This document shows positions 29,393 to 32,000 of a DNA stretch of 32,000 nucleotides, one piece after another. The translations under genes were made by a program, and so were the position numbers. A model generated the notes under the pieces. It searched no databases, was not told the origin of the DNA, and worked only from the letters and a program-made list of their open reading frames with translations. The DNA lies in the NCBI RefSeq assembly GCF_002075285.3, contig NZ_CP021983.2:3480001-3512000 (forward strand), written 5' to 3'. The DNA comes from Halomicronema hongdechloris C2206 (GTDB lineage Bacteria > Cyanobacteriota > Cyanobacteriia > Phormidesmidales > Phormidesmidaceae). How positions within the stretch are numbered: the stretch's first letter is position 1; each line of letters opens with the position of its first letter.

Positions 29393-29623
29393 CTATTCTT
29401 CCCAGCTCTCTACAGCTAGTAGCTCTTCGATCGGATCCTGGGTAGTAAAGTCAAATTCTTCAAGTTCTCGACGCCAGTAAGCCCAGTCGTTCCCGAATAG
29501 TAAGGCAATCTTCCAGAGAGGATCATGGGACTTCACCACCTTGGAATTTACCAAGGATTGAACCTGCCGTTGGAACTTCATCATGGGATGAGCAACCTGT
29601 TGGTTGGTCATAGTGTCTTGCAT
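29393..29623 (-). CDS. small hypothetical protein (Trp-rich, acidic C-terminus)
   Basis: 76-aa ORF, MQDTMTNQQVAHPMMKFQRQVQSLVNSKVVKSHDPLWKIALLFGNDWAYWRRELEEFDFTTQDPIEELLAVESWEE. The composition is protein-like with no low complexity. No clear SD. Family not identified. Confidence 0.5.
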   Translation of the reverse strand: MQDTMTNQQVAHPMMKFQRQVQSLVNSKVVKSHDPLWKIALLFGNDWAYWRRELEEFDFTTQDPIEELLAVESWEE

Positions 29624-29910
29624 AATTGAGTTTTACAAATCCTGACGGGTGTACAGTAATCCCCAGTCGACACAACCATTTGAAGCTGTGGTCGCCGCCG
29701 GGAATCTCGCTTCCAGCATATCAGCATAACACAGGATGCTCCGCAAAGGACTTGCTTAGATACTGGCTCCTTGATCGTTCCTATCGCTAAGATGGAACCG
29801 TGCCCCCCGGTGGGCTTGAGTCGCTGCCTAAGATTTAAGATCTCAGATCCAGATGCAGTGGCTGATACACTCATCAGTAGACTTCATCGCGGCATTTAGA
29901 CTATCTTCCT

Positions 29911-31713
29911 ATGGCTGATTCCAGCGCTTCTGCGGCTTCCCCCGTATCGTTACCTCGTACCAGTGAATCGGAGACGCTTAAGCGGATTCGCCATACCTTT
30001 TCCCATGTCATGGCGATGGCGGTGCAGCGGCTGTTTCCGAAGGCTCAGGTGACCATTGGCCCCTGGATTGATTACGGCTTTTACTACGATTTCGATCATC
30101 CCGAGCCCTTTACGGAGCAAGACCTCAAGGCCATCAAGAAGGAGATGATTAAAATCATCAAGCAGGGATTGCCATTAGTGCGGGAAGAGGTCAGCCGGGA
30201 AGAAGCCAAGCGGCGCATCGAAGCCCTGGGGGAACCTTACAAGCTAGAGATCTTAGCAGACCTGCAAGAGCCCATTACTCTCTACCACTTGGGGGACAAG
30301 TGGTGGGATCTCTGTGCCGGTCCCCACGTAGAGACCACCAAAGATCTGCACCCCAAAGCCTTCGATCTGGAAAGTGTAGCTGGTGCCTATTGGCGCGGAG
30401 ATTCTCAGCGAGCTCAGTTGCAGCGTATCTATGGCACCGCCTGGGAGACACCGGAACAGCTGGCGGAGTACAAGCGGCGTCGGCAGGAAGCCAAGCGCCG
30501 CGATCATCGTAAATTGGGCAAGGAGCTAGGCCTGTTCCTCTTCGCCGATGAGGTAGGCCCGGGATTGCCCCTGTGGACCCCCAAAGGCACCATTCTGCGT
30601 TCGACCCTGGAAGATTTTCTGAAGCAAGAGCAAGTCAGCCGCGGCTATCTGCCGGTGGTGACTCCCCATATCGGGCGGGTAGAGCTGTTTAAGATTTCGG
30701 GACACTGGCAGAAGTACAAAGACGATCTGTTCCCAATGATGGGGGATTCTGAGGATGAGGGCTTTGTGCTGAAGGCGATGAATTGCCCCTTTCATGTGCA
30801 GATCTATAAGTCAGTGCTGCGGTCCTATCGGGATTTGCCGCTGCGACTGGCGGAATTTGGCACCGTCTATCGCTATGAGCAATCGGGAGAGTTGGGGGGA
30901 CTGACTCGGGTACGGGGCTTTACCCAGGACGATGCTCACCTATTTGTCACCCCCGAGCAATTGGATGATGAGTTTCTCAAGGTGGTCGATCTAATCCAGG
31001 CGACACTGAAGGCCCTGAAACTGGACAATGCTTTCCGAGCCCGCCTCAGTTTCCGCGATCCGGATTTGGATAAGTACATCGGTGATGATGCCGCCTGGAC
31101 CAAGGCCGAAAATGCCATCCGCCGAGCGGTAGAGACCCTGGGCATGGACCATTTCGAAGGCATTGGTGAGGCGGCGTTCTATGGTCCCAAGCTGGACTTC
31201 ATCGTCACCGATGCCCTGGAGCGGGAGTGGCAATTGGGCACCGTGCAGGTGGACTATAACCTGCCCCAGCGCTTTGAGTTGGAGTACGTGGCCGAGGATG
31301 GCTCGCGGCAACGGCCGGTGATGATTCACCGGGCTCCTTTTGGTTCCTTAGAAAGGTTAATTGGCATCTTGATTGAAGAGTATGCTGGCGATTTTCCCCT
31401 GTGGTTGGCGCCAGTGCAGGTGCGCTTGTTGCCTGTCACCAGCGAACAACTGGGCTACAGCAACCAGGTGGCCGACCAACTGCGCAGCCAAGGCGTGAGG
31501 GTGGAAGTAGATACTAGCGGCGATCGCCTCGGCAAGATGATTCGCAATGCCGAGAAGGCCAAAATCCCGGTGATGGCGGTGATCGGCGCTAAGGAAGTGG
31601 CGGCCAACAGCCTCAGTGTGCGCACCCGCGCCTCGGGAGAATTGGGCACGCTGCCGGTGGCAGGGGTAGTGCAGCGGTTGAGTGATGCGATCGCACAGCG
31701 CCAAGACTTCTAA
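29911..31713 (+). CDS. thrS: threonine--tRNA ligase (editing + catalytic + anticodon-binding domains; no N-terminal TGS domain)
   Basis: 600 aa. Editing-domain motifs RHTFSHVMAMAV and WWDLCAGPHV. Class II core motifs HRKLGKELGLF, FRYE-type YRYEQSGELGGLTRVRGFTQDDAH and HRAPFGSLERLIGILIE. The anticodon-binding domain reads PVQVRLLPV...KIPVMAVIGAKE. A short Ser/Ala-rich leader replaces the TGS domain. Confidence 0.96.
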   Translation: MADSSASAASPVSLPRTSESETLKRIRHTFSHVMAMAVQRLFPKAQVTIGPWIDYGFYYDFDHPEPFTEQDLKAIKKEMIKIIKQGLPLVREEVSREEAKRRIEALGEPYKLEILADLQEPITLYHLGDKWWDLCAGPHVETTKDLHPKAFDLESVAGAYWRGDSQRAQLQRIYGTAWETPEQLAEYKRRRQEAKRRDHRKLGKELGLFLFADEVGPGLPLWTPKGTILRSTLEDFLKQEQVSRGYLPVVTPHIGRVELFKISGHWQKYKDDLFPMMGDSEDEGFVLKAMNCPFHVQIYKSVLRSYRDLPLRLAEFGTVYRYEQSGELGGLTRVRGFTQDDAHLFVTPEQLDDEFLKVVDLIQATLKALKLDNAFRARLSFRDPDLDKYIGDDAAWTKAENAIRRAVETLGMDHFEGIGEAAFYGPKLDFIVTDALEREWQLGTVQVDYNLPQRFELEYVAEDGSRQRPVMIHRAPFGSLERLIGILIEEYAGDFPLWLAPVQVRLLPVTSEQLGYSNQVADQLRSQGVRVEVDTSGDRLGKMIRNAEKAKIPVMAVIGAKEVAANSLSVRTRASGELGTLPVAGVVQRLSDAIAQRQDF

Positions 31714-31816
31714 CCTGCATGGGCTGAAAGCGGCTCCTCCCTAGCGACCTCAGCAACGTGGCCCCAAAAAGGTGATAGGATGCCTCTCGCCTATATCTCA
31801 TCACTGCCACAGTGTC

Positions 31817-32000
31817 ATGGTTGCTGCACCGATTATCGTGTCCGTTCCAGCTACGACGGCTAACCTAGGGCCGGGTTTCGATTGCCTAGGGGCCGCCCTG
31901 AACTTACAGAACCACTTTCAGTTCACATCACTGTCGGCAGCACCAGATACGGTCGACATCGTGGTGCAGGGCTCAGAGGCTGAGCGTCTGGCCACCGACG
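31817..32000 (+). CDS. thrB: homoserine kinase (partial; continues beyond the right edge)
   Basis: ATG at 31817. [36 protein letters not shown]... matches the ThrB N-terminal V.VPAT(S/T)[12 protein letters not shown] motif. No stop before the window ends. Confidence 0.8.
   Translation, partial: MVAAPIIVSVPATTANLGPGFDCLGAALNLQNHFQFTSLSAAPDTVDIVVQGSEAERLATD

Noticed and set aside
29608-29874. 88-aa minus-strand ORF upstream of thrS
   Set aside because: It is Cys-rich with odd composition, it overlaps the start of the more plausible 76-aa ORF, and it has no RBS. It is likely non-coding leader or promoter DNA.

Overview
This is a chromosomal window from a cyanobacterium. It carries the phycobilisome core operon, and I located the GCGATCGC 'HIP1' palindrome by eye at 19 positions.

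Gene order, left to right:
- the 5' part of a SAM methyltransferase (-, runs off the left edge)
- apcE-apcA-apcB-apcC (+), ending in a clean intrinsic terminator
- an orphan HTH protein with a ~450-aa unrecognisable domain (-)
- a ~690-bp spacer with no ORF of 60 aa or more
- a small NfeD-like OB-fold protein
- leuA
- a prepilin-like protein and an ABC exporter, bracketed by two direct copies of a ~90-110-nt heptamer-repeat/hairpin element
- a crtH-type carotenoid isomerase broken by a frameshift just after its FAD-binding motif
- a Pro-rich hypothetical protein
- a DUF427 protein
- a membrane-anchored, catalytically dead (Tyr/Asn) orthocaspase homologue
- a secreted hypothetical protein
- pgl
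- two tandem FHA proteins (the first with a double zinc ribbon), followed by a truncated LRAT/NlpC-P60-like remnant that runs into G-rich octamer/heptamer arrays
- a DUF3611-like membrane protein
- a RarA fused to an extra C-terminal domain
- a small membrane protein
- an RsuA/RluE-type pseudouridine synthase
- a zinc-ribbon / unknown-domain / PP2C phosphatase
- a small acidic ORF
- thrS and the start of thrB

I recognised no rRNA, tRNA, CRISPR array, transposase or integrase. Nothing here can be shown from sequence alone to be a new system. The best follow-up candidates are:
- the zinc-ribbon FHA / FHA / LRAT-remnant cluster, together with the zinc-ribbon PP2C protein 6 kb away
- the pseudo-orthocaspase and DUF427 pair
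- the HTH protein with the large unknown domain next to the apc operon
- the dispersed repeat element that flanks a two-gene module
- the crtH frameshift

All family calls come from reading motifs in the translations. No database search was run.
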